Shown: positions 10,129 to 19,171 of the stretch, in pieces
Layout: each line of letters begins with the position of its first letter
How positions within the stretch are numbered: position 1 is the first letter of the stretch
Virus record (IMG/VR): IMGVR_UViG_3300042691_027609
Length of the DNA stretch: 64,000 nucleotides
Direction: 5' to 3' (one strand)
Source: a virus
Position numbers and translations under genes: made by a program
Notes under the pieces: generated by a model
The model's database searches: none
What the model saw: only the letters and a program-made list of their open reading frames with translations
Told to the model about the DNA's origin: nothing

Positions 10129-11036
10129 TATATATTTAATGATTTATCGTCTTGATCTTTCGCTGATATGAATTCGTTAGATCTCGGAACTTGTTCAGGT
10201 ATTACCACAACATTTACTTTTGGATCAACAGATGTAGATAACTTCCAAGATCTTATTTGAAAAGTGTTTATGTCGTCAATAATTATAGGTTGAGTAGATG
10301 TCATATATATAGATGATCCGTCCTTGTTTATATCTTCCACTGTAGTAGGAGAATTCTTTTCTACGTTAGTGACATATTTTCTTTGCGAATTAACGAAAAT
10401 ACTTATAGGATCACCAGAATTTAATAATTCATTAGATGCCAAAGACCACGGATTTGATGATTTCATAGTTGGCACTGTAGATCCAAATCTAATGGATTGT
10501 CCCCATCGACCTTGAATTATAGTATCACCTTCAAACGGTCTTAGATTTTTTACGTTATCTTTTTCCACGAACGTAGCTCCTACAGGTAGCGATAGATAAC
10601 TAGTATCAGTTTCAGCTCTTGTTGTATCTACTAATTGATTTTTTATATATGCTGCGTATTCTTCCATATTTGGAAAAGGATTCATATGCGCAGAATTAAA
10701 TAAAGAAAACGGGGGAAAGTAAAACAGGTCTTGATTCTGAGATGAATCATTCATATCAGCAGAAGGACCCTGAACCAACAAAACTATTTCATTAATTAGC
10801 GGATATTGTCTAATAAATCCATGGATTGGATAAGCTGGTTTGGTCGTATCAAGTTGACCAGTGGTCATTTTTCCTGAGTATAGTAATTCATATTTTATAG
10901 CACCCAAATCCTTTTCGCTCGTGTAATCAGGATCCACCGTCGAATCATTTATCTTTGGACCTAAAATAACTTTTTTTACCCTCGCTATTAAGAGTTGTTT
11001 GCCTTGTCCCTGAATATTTTTATACGCGTTAAACAT
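10128..11036 (-). CDS. Baseplate spike N-terminal part (gp5 OB-fold-like)
   Basis: 'YPLINEIVLLVQGP...YFPP', 'LRPFEGDTIIQGRWGQSIRFGST' resemble the gp5/gpV N-terminal region; located upstream of gp25/gp6. Confidence 0.6.
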   Translation of the reverse strand: MFNAYKNIQGQGKQLLIARVKKVILGPKINDSTVDPDYTSEKDLGAIKYELLYSGKMTTGQLDTTKPAYPIHGFIRQYPLINEIVLLVQGPSADMNDSSQNQDLFYFPPFSLFNSAHMNPFPNMEEYAAYIKNQLVDTTRAETDTSYLSLPVGATFVEKDNVKNLRPFEGDTIIQGRWGQSIRFGSTVPTMKSSNPWSLASNELLNSGDPISIFVNSQRKYVTNVEKNSPTTVEDINKDGSSIYMTSTQPIIIDDINTFQIRSWKLSTSVDPKVNVVVIPEQVPRSNEFISAKDQDDKSLNI

Positions 11037-11037
11037 T

Positions 11038-11394
11038 TTACTGTTTTAGTTTTTTAGTATCGTCTATTTGTAAAATGTTAACATCTTTAAAAAGTTGAGC
11101 TATATCATTCTCAGATAATATTGACGAATCTGCATCTTGAGATTGACTTTTTTCAGAAGCTTTTTGAAAAATACCGAGTATTTTCATTAAAACTTCATCG
11201 TTTTTTAAACTAGAATCAAAAAAACCTTTTAGAAGAGGCACAATAATGATAGCATCTCCAGGAGAAGATATAAGTTCTGACAACCTAGTTATTTCACGGG
11301 AGATATTCTCGTCTTGGGATTTATGTTTTTCATATATTTCTTTGACGAGATCAGATATTTTTTTGCCATCAAATAATTCCTTATCTAGTTCCAT
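11038..11394 (-). CDS. Conserved-looking helical hypothetical protein (possible terminase small subunit)
   Basis: Start reassigned to ATG 11394 (MELDKELFDG...), 8 nt downstream of an ATATTTATT motif; function speculative. Confidence 0.55.
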   Translation of the reverse strand: MELDKELFDGKKISDLVKEIYEKHKSQDENISREITRLSELISSPGDAIIIVPLLKGFFDSSLKNDEVLMKILGIFQKASEKSQSQDADSSILSENDIAQLFKDVNILQIDDTKKLKQ

Positions 11395-11402
11395 ATCTTT
11401 AG

Positions 11403-11411
11403 AATAAATAT
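11403..11411 (-). promoter_or_regulatory. ATATTTATT putative late promoter (spike/baseplate operon)
   Basis: Recurrent motif, 8 nt before ATG 11394. Confidence 0.65.
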
Positions 11412-11413
11412 TG

Positions 11414-12157
11414 CTAATCAATATTTTCAATATGACTATTGAGTATCTTACGGTATATGATTTTTATTTGCTTTATCACCTTCGTAATTGTAATTGAGTT
11501 TACATCAGTCATTTCTTTTACATATATGAATATAGCTTTTTTATTTGTTATATCAAGTTTGTCTCTCTTTTTAAATATTTCTATGATAGCATCAGCTGTT
11601 TTTATTTCGTCTGCTTTTTCAAAAAGATCAAAAAGATTATCTTCTAAATATTTTACCAGAATATCTATAACGTCTAATCTGTCTATGGGATTTTCGTTGG
11701 GCTGTTCTATTAACTTTGAAATTGTGTTTTCTTCGTTGTGTATCTCTTGAAAATCTATTTTAGAAGTTACCTTTTTGTAATTTTTTTGATTGTATAAGAT
11801 CAGATATCTTTTAACAATTGTCCCAAAATACGAATACGCTTTGCCTTTTGATTGATCGTATAAATCTATTTTTTGTAATAAAAACGATATAACTTCGTAT
11901 TTAAGATCTTCAATATTATCGACGTCTGTATAGTAAAACTTAAACGTATGGATAATATTTTCTGCTAATTTATAAAAAGCATAGTGAATACTTTGATTGT
12001 ATAGTTTATTTTTTTCTTCGTAAGTCTTAGCAGATCTATATTGCAGAATAGCGTTTTCTGTTTCTTCTGTAAAATATACGTTTTTTGTCTTAGGTTTTCT
12101 TTTTCTTGGCTTACCAACTTTGGTTAAACCCAAGTCTAAATTTGTTTCTAATTCCAT
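11414..12157 (-). CDS. Phage sigma factor for late transcription (T4 gp55-like)
   Basis: 'NVYFTEE...AFYKLAENIIHTFKFYY...EDLKYEVISFLLQKIDLYDQSKGKAYSYFGTIVKRYLI' resembles sigma region 2 of gp55 (FD..K...F.Y.T.I). Confidence 0.7.
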   Translation of the reverse strand: MELETNLDLGLTKVGKPRKRKPKTKNVYFTEETENAILQYRSAKTYEEKNKLYNQSIHYAFYKLAENIIHTFKFYYTDVDNIEDLKYEVISFLLQKIDLYDQSKGKAYSYFGTIVKRYLILYNQKNYKKVTSKIDFQEIHNEENTISKLIEQPNENPIDRLDVIDILVKYLEDNLFDLFEKADEIKTADAIIEIFKKRDKLDITNKKAIFIYVKEMTDVNSITITKVIKQIKIIYRKILNSHIENID

Positions 12158-12162
12158 GCTAA

Positions 12163-12435
12163 TTAGTTATTATCTAAATAATCTTTTACCCTTGATTGTA
12201 TTTCTTTTACAGAATCGAAAAGATTGGTTAACTCTGGATCGGATTGTACCCAAATCTTTGCGTCTATTTGCTCTACTGCTTTATTTAGATCTTTAAATGT
12301 GGATAAGATGTTGTTTATAAAATTCGATTGTTTTATTACGGTATTCTCTAACTTTACATTTTTATTATAGAGATTATATATTACCCATGAGAGTATTGTA
12401 ACTACCCAAAGAATTATTGTTATTGTTGTAATCAT
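12163..12435 (-). CDS. Small membrane-anchored coiled-coil protein
   Basis: N-terminal TM helix 'ITIILWVVTILSWVIYNLY' then coiled coil. Confidence 0.65.
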   Translation of the reverse strand: MITTITIILWVVTILSWVIYNLYNKNVKLENTVIKQSNFINNILSTFKDLNKAVEQIDAKIWVQSDPELTNLFDSVKEIQSRVKDYLDNN

Positions 12436-12438
12436 ATA

Positions 12439-13074
12439 TTATTTATTTTGTGTTTCTACTTTTGATGCGAGTAAATCTGCCTGGTGTATGATATATGGTA
12501 GATTAGATCTTATTGCTGTGTCCTCAGAGAACGTTATGTAGTATGGTTTATTACCTTCTTCATATAACCCATCGTGTAACTTTATTGCTAAGAACTCGTT
12601 TTCTGTAACTGGTATGTTGGATCTTTGCAAATAATATAAACTTCTGTCTGCGATTCTCATGTGCGACATTTTTGTGTTTATTTTGTAGTATGCGCCTTGG
12701 TTTTTAATATGCCAATCTGAATCGTTCGGAATGTAAAAAGATTCTCCGTCACATCCTAACTTACCTAGATCGTGATTGATACACGAAAAAACTAATTCTT
12801 CTAAAGTATAATTTTTTTTCTGATCAAATTTATCCCACACTCGATCTAACACAAGTGCAGCTTCAACGACTCTTAAAACATGGTCCAAATATCCACCTGG
12901 GAAACAGTTGTGATGAGATACTTTTGTACTTGCTGGTGCTGTAGCAAGATCATATTCCACTGCATTATAGAATTTGATTAGTTGATCTTTCCGTTCTCCA
13001 GTTATATATTTTTCAATATATGCATAAAACTTTTCCAGATTTTCGCTGATTTGTTCAGCTGTTAATTTTTTCAT
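12439..13074 (-). CDS. HD-domain phosphohydrolase (YhaM/Cbf1-like)
   Basis: 'APASTKVSHHNCFPGGYLDHVLRV...NHDLGK...LHDG...HQADLLAS'. Confidence 0.85.
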   Translation of the reverse strand: MKKLTAEQISENLEKFYAYIEKYITGERKDQLIKFYNAVEYDLATAPASTKVSHHNCFPGGYLDHVLRVVEAALVLDRVWDKFDQKKNYTLEELVFSCINHDLGKLGCDGESFYIPNDSDWHIKNQGAYYKINTKMSHMRIADRSLYYLQRSNIPVTENEFLAIKLHDGLYEEGNKPYYITFSEDTAIRSNLPYIIHQADLLASKVETQNK

Positions 13075-13084
13075 AAACTATTTT

Positions 13085-13402
13085 TTATAAATGTAACAAA
13101 TTCATAACGATATTATGCATATTATTTATCGAGTGAGCATACATTATAAATTGATTATCAACAGTGGTAACCCCTGATAGTTTCTGGTAATCCATTGTTA
13201 ATGATACGATATATTTGTTATCGACAATAGTTATTGGGTATAAATCACACGAGATAATATTTTCTACACTATCGCAAAATTTAGAATTGTTAGAATCATT
13301 GCATGATATATCAATATATACTACCATCGATTCGCGTAACAAATTTTTATATTTTTTGCACTTATCGCAATCGTCAAGACTCAGTATCTGTATCTTCTTC
13401 AT
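13085..13402 (-). CDS. Glutaredoxin/thioredoxin-fold protein
   Basis: N-terminal CDKC (CxxC) after a beta strand; 'YPITIV' cis-Pro motif. Confidence 0.7.
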   Translation of the reverse strand: MKKIQILSLDDCDKCKKYKNLLRESMVVYIDISCNDSNNSKFCDSVENIISCDLYPITIVDNKYIVSLTMDYQKLSGVTTVDNQFIMYAHSINNMHNIVMNLLHL

Positions 13403-13592
13403 CTATTTCTTCATTATATTCAGGATCAAATTTTTCTAGTAATACAGCCCAAAAAGCCTTTTCTTCAGTACTAATATCGTCACTAAACATTGAAAGATAT
13501 GCGTATATTCCATCAAGTTCATTTTCTCCAATTGATAATTCATTCAACGCAGCTAAAAAATCTTTGTTAAAGATGTTGTTTTCCTGTACCAT
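13374..13592 (-). CDS. Small acidic hypothetical protein
   Basis: ATG 13592 (MVQENNIF...) preferred over TTG 13619; highly acidic C-terminus. Confidence 0.55.
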   Translation of the reverse strand: MVQENNIFNKDFLAALNELSIGENELDGIYAYLSMFSDDISTEEKAFWAVLLEKFDPEYNEEIDEEDTDTES

Positions 13593-13957
13593 ATTATTTT
13601 GTTTTTTTGCATATCCCAATTATTAACAGGGTATTATCTTTTTTTTCGGTGACTCCATTTTAATATGTTAGTTTATTTCTATCGCCCTGCGGAAATTACC
13701 CCGTCGTTATTACGATATTCGATAGCTTTTATTTAGCATATTTATTTTTATACCTGACGTATTTGTCTCGCGCCTGGTAGTGCTATACCAATTGATCTAC
13801 GACTCGCTCATGGAATCCCACCAAGCTACGGTATAGAGCTCAATTTTGCACATTAATATATGCAATATTGTATTTTTATTTTTACAAAGAAAATTTTTTT
13901 TCTTAGTACATAGAAAAAAAGCTTCTTTATATAGAATAATTATTGCAAATTTATAGT

Positions 13958-14893
13958 ATGGATAATAGTAAATACATCTTAGGACTACTCGAATCGGTTT
14001 TAGGTAAATCAAAACCCGACAAAAATGGAGCTGATCATATGTTCCATTGTCCGGTGTGCAAACATAAAAAGCCAAAATTAGTGGTAAACATAAAAACAGG
14101 TCAATATAACTGTTGGACTTGTCATCCTCCTACCAAAGGTAAATCTCCTGTTTCATTATTAAAAAAATTGGGAATAAGTGTAGACAAGCAAAAAGAAATG
14201 AAAAGCTATTTCGATGGAGATAAAACCGTTATAGAAAAACCAGATTTTGAATCTGTTGAATTACCAAAAGAATTTGTACCGTTAAGTATAATACCAAAAG
14301 GTATAAACATAGAACATAGACACGCTATAAGTTATCTCAAAAATCGTAAGATAACTGATCACGATATTGTAAAATACAATATTGGATATTGCTCATCGGG
14401 TCGATATAGAAATAGGATTATTGTGCCTTCATATGACAAATCTGGTAAGCTGAATTATTTTATAGCCAGATCATTTGAAAAAGATGCAAGACTTAAATAT
14501 GACGCTCCAAGCTGCTCAAAAACTGACATAATAGGGTTCGAATACTATATAAATTGGAAAATTCCAGTTATTCTGTGCGAAGGTTCTTTTGACGCTATCG
14601 CGATAAAAAGAAATGCTATACCGTTATTTGGAAAAACAATACCAAAAGCCTTAATGCTAAGATTGGCTCAATCTGAAGTTAAGACGGTGTACATCGCATT
14701 AGATAACGATGCGCTAGAGGAAGCCTTAACGTATGCTGAAAATTTAATTAATATGGGAAAAGAAGTCTATCTAATAGAATTAGGAGGAAAAGACCCTTCT
14801 GATCTGGGATTTGAAGCTATGATAAAACTTTTGCACAACGCAAAACAGCTAACATTCGCAGATTTATTTACCAAAAAAATGCAATTAGTATGA
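13958..14893 (+). CDS. DNA primase (Zn finger + TOPRIM)
   Basis: CPVC...CWTC zinc-binding domain; 'YRNRIIVP', 'ILCEGSFDAIA', 'IALDNDA', 'KDPSD' TOPRIM motifs; ATG 13958 preferred. Confidence 0.92.
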   Translation: MDNSKYILGLLESVLGKSKPDKNGADHMFHCPVCKHKKPKLVVNIKTGQYNCWTCHPPTKGKSPVSLLKKLGISVDKQKEMKSYFDGDKTVIEKPDFESVELPKEFVPLSIIPKGINIEHRHAISYLKNRKITDHDIVKYNIGYCSSGRYRNRIIVPSYDKSGKLNYFIARSFEKDARLKYDAPSCSKTDIIGFEYYINWKIPVILCEGSFDAIAIKRNAIPLFGKTIPKALMLRLAQSEVKTVYIALDNDALEEALTYAENLINMGKEVYLIELGGKDPSDLGFEAMIKLLHNAKQLTFADLFTKKMQLV

Positions 14894-15678
14894 TTCAAAA
14901 ATCAAGTAATATCTTTAAAGATAAACGCTTAAAAATGATCGTGGAAACCGATCCTGAACTTAGACAAATCACATTACCAGACGCGAGATACTATCAGAGA
15001 TCTCCTGGGGTTTTCTATCCATCTGTAACAACTATTTTAGGATATTTTCCTAAAGGAGCTTTTTTTGAAACATGGCTAAAAGACACAGGACATAATGCAG
15101 ATATAGTTATGAGAAGAGCTGGCGATGAGGGAAATCAAGTACATCATGCTGCAGAAAAGATCCTCAAAGGAGAAGAAGTAAGGTGGATTGATCACGATGG
15201 ACATGTAAATTATAATACTCATGTGTGGAAAATGATATTAGGGTTTTATGATTTTTGGACAACGTACAAACCAGAACTACTAATGTCTGAAGAATTTATG
15301 TATTCTGATACTCACAAATATTCTGGGACTCTTGATCTATTAGTTAAGTTGAATGGAGAGATATGGGTTATTGATATTAAAACATCTACAATGATTCACA
15401 ATAGTTATTTTTTACAAATGGCAGCATACACTAAAGCGTATGAAGAAACATTTGGTCAAAAAGTAGATAGAACAGGCGTACTGTGGTTAAAGTCAAGTAA
15501 AAGAGGTGCAGATAAAACAGGCAAAAGAATTCAAGGAAACGGATGGGAATTAAAAGAAGGCGATAAACCTATAGACGATTATTTTAAAATGTTTTTACAC
15601 ACATACGAAACGTACAGAATGATGAATCCTGAACAAGAAATAGAAATGCTTACATTACCTAACAGCATTAAGTTATAA
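14890..15678 (+). CDS. PD-(D/E)XK exonuclease (Cas4/lambda-exonuclease-like superfamily)
   Basis: 'YPSVTTIL', 'GNQVH', 'YSGTLDLL...VIDIKTS...LQMAAY'. Confidence 0.85.
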   Translation: MIQKSSNIFKDKRLKMIVETDPELRQITLPDARYYQRSPGVFYPSVTTILGYFPKGAFFETWLKDTGHNADIVMRRAGDEGNQVHHAAEKILKGEEVRWIDHDGHVNYNTHVWKMILGFYDFWTTYKPELLMSEEFMYSDTHKYSGTLDLLVKLNGEIWVIDIKTSTMIHNSYFLQMAAYTKAYEETFGQKVDRTGVLWLKSSKRGADKTGKRIQGNGWELKEGDKPIDDYFKMFLHTYETYRMMNPEQEIEMLTLPNSIKL

Positions 15679-15683
15679 GTCTA

Positions 15684-15692
15684 ATATTTATA
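15684..15692 (+). promoter_or_regulatory. ATATTTATA putative late promoter
   Basis: 3 nt before ATG 15696. Confidence 0.65.
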
Positions 15693-15695
15693 TGT

Positions 15696-16499
15696 ATGAT
15701 ATCGCTAAAATCTCTATTCTTAGAAGAAAAAAATAACAAACCACTAGCTATTTTTATGGCAGGTTCTGCTGGAGCAGGTAAAACATCTTTTAGAAAAGAG
15801 TATATTGACACTATTGGAGATTTTATTGTACTAAATATAGACGATATCTATGAACCTCTTTTACAAAAGTCAGATTTGCCATTGGATTTTAGAAAGTATA
15901 CATCACCAGAACAACTATCAGCAGCGGCTAAAGCAATGGGATCTGCGCAAAAAATGCACAAACAAAGATATGAAAAATCGAAAACAGATTTAAAAGATAT
16001 AATTATTGATGGTACTGGTGCATCTAAAAGAGAGGTGGCAAAGAAAAAACAGGAGCTAGAGTCTTTAGGTTATAAGACTATGATGGTTCTTGTATTTGTT
16101 ACGCCTGATATATCTCTAAGCAGGAATATTAGAAGAGGCGAAGAAGGAGGCAGAACATTAATGCCATCAATAATACTAAGAAGTTGGTCATCTTTATTTG
16201 ATAATATAAAAGATTATGAGAATTTGTTTGGAAAAAATCTTATAGTCTATAAAGCTTACGATGAGACGGATGTAGAGTTCCCAAACTTCGATCCATCAAA
16301 TCCAGAAATAAAAAGAAAATTTTTCGATCCATTTAAAGTACGAGGCAAAGAAAAAACGCCTGAAGAAAAAGCTGAGTCTTTGGCGAAAATAAAAGCTATG
16401 AACGATAAGATATTATCGCAAATTAAAAATATAAACCAATTAAGTTTCGATGATCCACAAACAATAGTAAAAAAGCTAAATAATTTTGTTAATGCGTGA
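15696..16499 (+). CDS. P-loop kinase (zeta-toxin/AAA_33/PNK-like)
   Basis: Walker A 'MAGSAGAGKT', 'LNIDD', Walker B 'IIIDGTG', lid 'SLSRNIRR...GRTL'. Confidence 0.85.
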   Translation: MISLKSLFLEEKNNKPLAIFMAGSAGAGKTSFRKEYIDTIGDFIVLNIDDIYEPLLQKSDLPLDFRKYTSPEQLSAAAKAMGSAQKMHKQRYEKSKTDLKDIIIDGTGASKREVAKKKQELESLGYKTMMVLVFVTPDISLSRNIRRGEEGGRTLMPSIILRSWSSLFDNIKDYENLFGKNLIVYKAYDETDVEFPNFDPSNPEIKRKFFDPFKVRGKEKTPEEKAESLAKIKAMNDKILSQIKNINQLSFDDPQTIVKKLNNFVNA

Positions 16500-17082
16500 T
16501 TATTCACTAATAGGAAAAGAGATCATTGAGGATATACTAAAAGAAGTTAACGAATTAACAGGACCTTGTTTTTATCCCGGAAAATTTAAACCTCCTCATA
16601 AAGGTCATTTTGAAGCCGCTAAATATTTGGCAAATCAACCAAATGTTAATATGGTATATGTTATAATAAGTAACGTATCTAAATTTGGAATAACATCAAA
16701 AGACAGTTTAAAAATATGGCAAGATTATTTATTGTCTGAACCAAATAGTAAAATACGCGTTAAAGAATCAACAGAAGGCACACCAATAAAAGATATATTT
16801 AGGTACATAGAACAGAATCCTGAAGTAAAAACGATATACGTTGGAGCTGCAAAAGAAGAGGCTGAAAATCTTGGATACTTTTCAAAACTTAAAGAAAAAT
16901 ACCCAGAAAAAGTAAAGCAAATAGTTATACCAGATCAATTTGACAGAATAAGCGCAACGCAAATGCGACAAGCTCTAAAAAACGGAGATTTTGAAGCATT
17001 CGCAAAATTTTTACCGGATTCAGCTTATAATAAGGGCATAACTAAAAAAGTTTTTGGTTTACTAACCAAGATAATAAAATGA
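16492..17082 (+). CDS. HIGH-superfamily nucleotidyltransferase (cytidylyltransferase/NMNAT-like)
   Basis: 'YPGKFKPPHKGH' (HxGH) and 'RISATQMR' (ISST-like) motifs; ATG 16492. Confidence 0.85.
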   Translation: MRDYSLIGKEIIEDILKEVNELTGPCFYPGKFKPPHKGHFEAAKYLANQPNVNMVYVIISNVSKFGITSKDSLKIWQDYLLSEPNSKIRVKESTEGTPIKDIFRYIEQNPEVKTIYVGAAKEEAENLGYFSKLKEKYPEKVKQIVIPDQFDRISATQMRQALKNGDFEAFAKFLPDSAYNKGITKKVFGLLTKIIK

Positions 17083-17963
17083 CGCCAGAAGAAAAAACAT
17101 CTATAATAAAAGATTTTTTACTGTTCTGTAAACAGTATTTAAACATCGATAAGCTTCCTAAAATGGTGTTTTTTGATGATGATAAGTGGGCTAAAGAAAA
17201 TACGAGTTTTGGTAAATACGATCCAAGAATCAATACATTATACGTTTATATAGGTAAAAGAAATTTAGCAGATATACTAAGAACACTATCCCACGAATTA
17301 GTTCATCACAAACAAAATGAAGATAGCATGCTTTATATGGGTGCAGGCGGTGATGGAACTAATATCGAAAACGAAGCAAACGCAGTGTCAGGAATGATTA
17401 TGAGAAAATACGGAGCAAAAAACAATATGATATATGAATCTCGTTTACTAGAAATTCTAGAAATGAGCAAACCTACGAGGTTCAATATATTTTGTGACAT
17501 GGATGGAGTCTTATGCGATTTTGAAAAACAGTTCGATCACTACTACGGAGTGTTACCGAGAGAATACGCCAATGAAAAAGGTCCAGAAATACTGAAAAAA
17601 GCTATCGATGATGTTGGAATCAAATATTGGTCAGAGATGCCATGGTTTCCAGGAGCTGAAAAACTATGGGCATACATAGCAGATTATTCTCCGATGATAT
17701 TATCGAGTCCCAGTAAATTCAAATATGCTGAACAAGGTAAATTATTGTGGATTAAAAATAATCTGAATCCCCAACCAAAAGACATCATATTTGAACAAAC
17801 AGGAAACAAGCATATAGTATTAAATAATTACGAACCTAAAAATTCTATACTAATAGATGATTATTATAGAAATACAATTCCATGGAGAGATGCTGGTGGA
17901 ATAGGAATTAGACATACAGATGCAGACAAAACAATTTCAATACTTCAAAAATTTGGTTTATGA
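17079..17963 (+). CDS. Fusion of HEXXH metallopeptidase-like domain and HAD 5'(3')-nucleotidase
   Basis: 'RTLSHELVHHKQ...ENEANA' then linker 'IYESRLLEILE' then 'IFCDMDGVLCDF...ILSSP...GKLLW...ILIDDY..N'. Confidence 0.85.
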   Translation: MTPEEKTSIIKDFLLFCKQYLNIDKLPKMVFFDDDKWAKENTSFGKYDPRINTLYVYIGKRNLADILRTLSHELVHHKQNEDSMLYMGAGGDGTNIENEANAVSGMIMRKYGAKNNMIYESRLLEILEMSKPTRFNIFCDMDGVLCDFEKQFDHYYGVLPREYANEKGPEILKKAIDDVGIKYWSEMPWFPGAEKLWAYIADYSPMILSSPSKFKYAEQGKLLWIKNNLNPQPKDIIFEQTGNKHIVLNNYEPKNSILIDDYYRNTIPWRDAGGIGIRHTDADKTISILQKFGL

Positions 17964-18520
17964 GTTTAAAAAGAGAGTTTAATAAGAGTACGGTACAAAG
18001 AATGCGTAATATAATTACAGGTAACGCAGGAGATCGTACGCAGATACAGTCTGGATATGAGAAGGACATTAAAGATCGTACAGATGGAGAAATCTGGGAA
18101 GAGAACGGAAAAAAGTGGACAATTAAAAATGGAATTAAACAATCTATAACAAAGATAGATAAAATAAAAAACTTGGCTATCATGCCATTATTATGTCCTA
18201 ATTGTAAAAAGCCATTACGCACAGATCAAGTTAATAAAAAAATGTATGCTATACATAAAATGTGTTTAGATTGCGTAGCAGAAATGGAAACAAAAATAAA
18301 ACTAGAGGGCAAATGGGAAGATTATGCTAGTAATATCGTTAATAATAATAAAAATGCTAGTCTTGAAGATTTTGAAATGGCTTTAGAATCGTGGATGAAA
18401 GAAAACAATACATTTGTAACAGAAAATGGAGATATAGAAGATTGGTCAAAAATAGATAAAACTAAAGTTTACAGTGAAATAAAATCGAATATAGAAAAAC
18501 TTAAAAACACTAAAATTTAA
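17960..18520 (+). CDS. Hypothetical protein with Zn-binding motif
   Basis: CPNC...CLDC; coupled to upstream gene. Confidence 0.7.
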   Translation: MSLKREFNKSTVQRMRNIITGNAGDRTQIQSGYEKDIKDRTDGEIWEENGKKWTIKNGIKQSITKIDKIKNLAIMPLLCPNCKKPLRTDQVNKKMYAIHKMCLDCVAEMETKIKLEGKWEDYASNIVNNNKNASLEDFEMALESWMKENNTFVTENGDIEDWSKIDKTKVYSEIKSNIEKLKNTKI

Positions 18521-18521
18521 A

Positions 18522-18530
18522 ATATTTATT
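18522..18530 (+). promoter_or_regulatory. ATATTTATT putative late promoter
   Basis: 8 nt before ATG 18539. Confidence 0.65.
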
Positions 18531-18538
18531 AAAAACAC

Positions 18539-19171
18539 ATGCCTTATTCTATAGATAGAAAAAACAAGTGCGTTTATAAAAAGAAATCAGACGGATCAAG
18601 GGGCGAAAAAGTTGGATGCACAAAAGGAAATTTAAATGACTATATAGCAGCTTTACAAATACATGCAGAAATGAAAACAAACAAAAAGAAACAATTGAAA
18701 GAATCTGAAAATCCAGTTATACCTGGAGCGATAAATCAACTATTCGTTGTCCAAAAACCATATTCAGGTTGTCAATTAACATCATTAGTAAAACCAATAG
18801 ATCCTTTAATGGGTATCGGAGCAGGACATCAACTAGCGCCTGACCAGGTTCACGCTACTTTTGCAGACGAAGATATGGCAAAAGATGTTGCAAACGAATT
18901 ATACGAAGAATACGGAAAAAAACAAAAAGCACTCGAAGAAAAAAAAGGCACTGTTACAGATAAACTAAAAAAAGCCATTGATACTCTTGAAAAGAAGCGT
19001 AAAGAGCACATGGATATGGCTAAAGAAGATCCAAAAAGTGCTTCTAAACACAAAGAGCATATAGCACAAATAATGGATAAAGTAGACGATCTTATGACAA
19101 AACTTGAACAAATAGAAAAGTCTAAAAAACCAGAAGAAAACAAAAAGAAAACCGAAAAAGATAAAAAATAA
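18539..19171 (+). CDS. Hypothetical protein (small basic N-module + coiled-coil domain)
   Basis: 210 aa; promoter motif upstream; internal 'IHAE' and 'QLKES' sites. Confidence 0.7.
   Translation: MPYSIDRKNKCVYKKKSDGSRGEKVGCTKGNLNDYIAALQIHAEMKTNKKKQLKESENPVIPGAINQLFVVQKPYSGCQLTSLVKPIDPLMGIGAGHQLAPDQVHATFADEDMAKDVANELYEEYGKKQKALEEKKGTVTDKLKKAIDTLEKKRKEHMDMAKEDPKSASKHKEHIAQIMDKVDDLMTKLEQIEKSKKPEENKKKTEKDKK

Noticed and set aside
13623-13658. 11-codon minus-strand mini-ORF MESPKKKIIPC upstream of the acidic protein
   Set aside because: Too short to support without conservation data; could be chance.
13680-13845. tRNA or known ribozyme in the intergenic island
   Set aside because: No T-loop GTTCRA/cloverleaf and no hammerhead or HDV core recognised; kept only as an unclassified ncRNA candidate.
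13797-14075. 92-aa minus-strand ORF spanning the intergenic region
   Set aside because: It overlaps the primase start antisense and crosses low-complexity A/T tracts; no recognisable features.
14890-15678. Cas4-like nuclease as evidence of a CRISPR-Cas system
   Set aside because: No array or other cas genes and no Cys4 cluster motif; stand-alone PD-(D/E)XK exonucleases next to primase are common in phages.
15696-16499. Zeta-epsilon toxin-antitoxin module
   Set aside because: No small upstream antitoxin; the fold is shared with many kinases and the context is a late operon.
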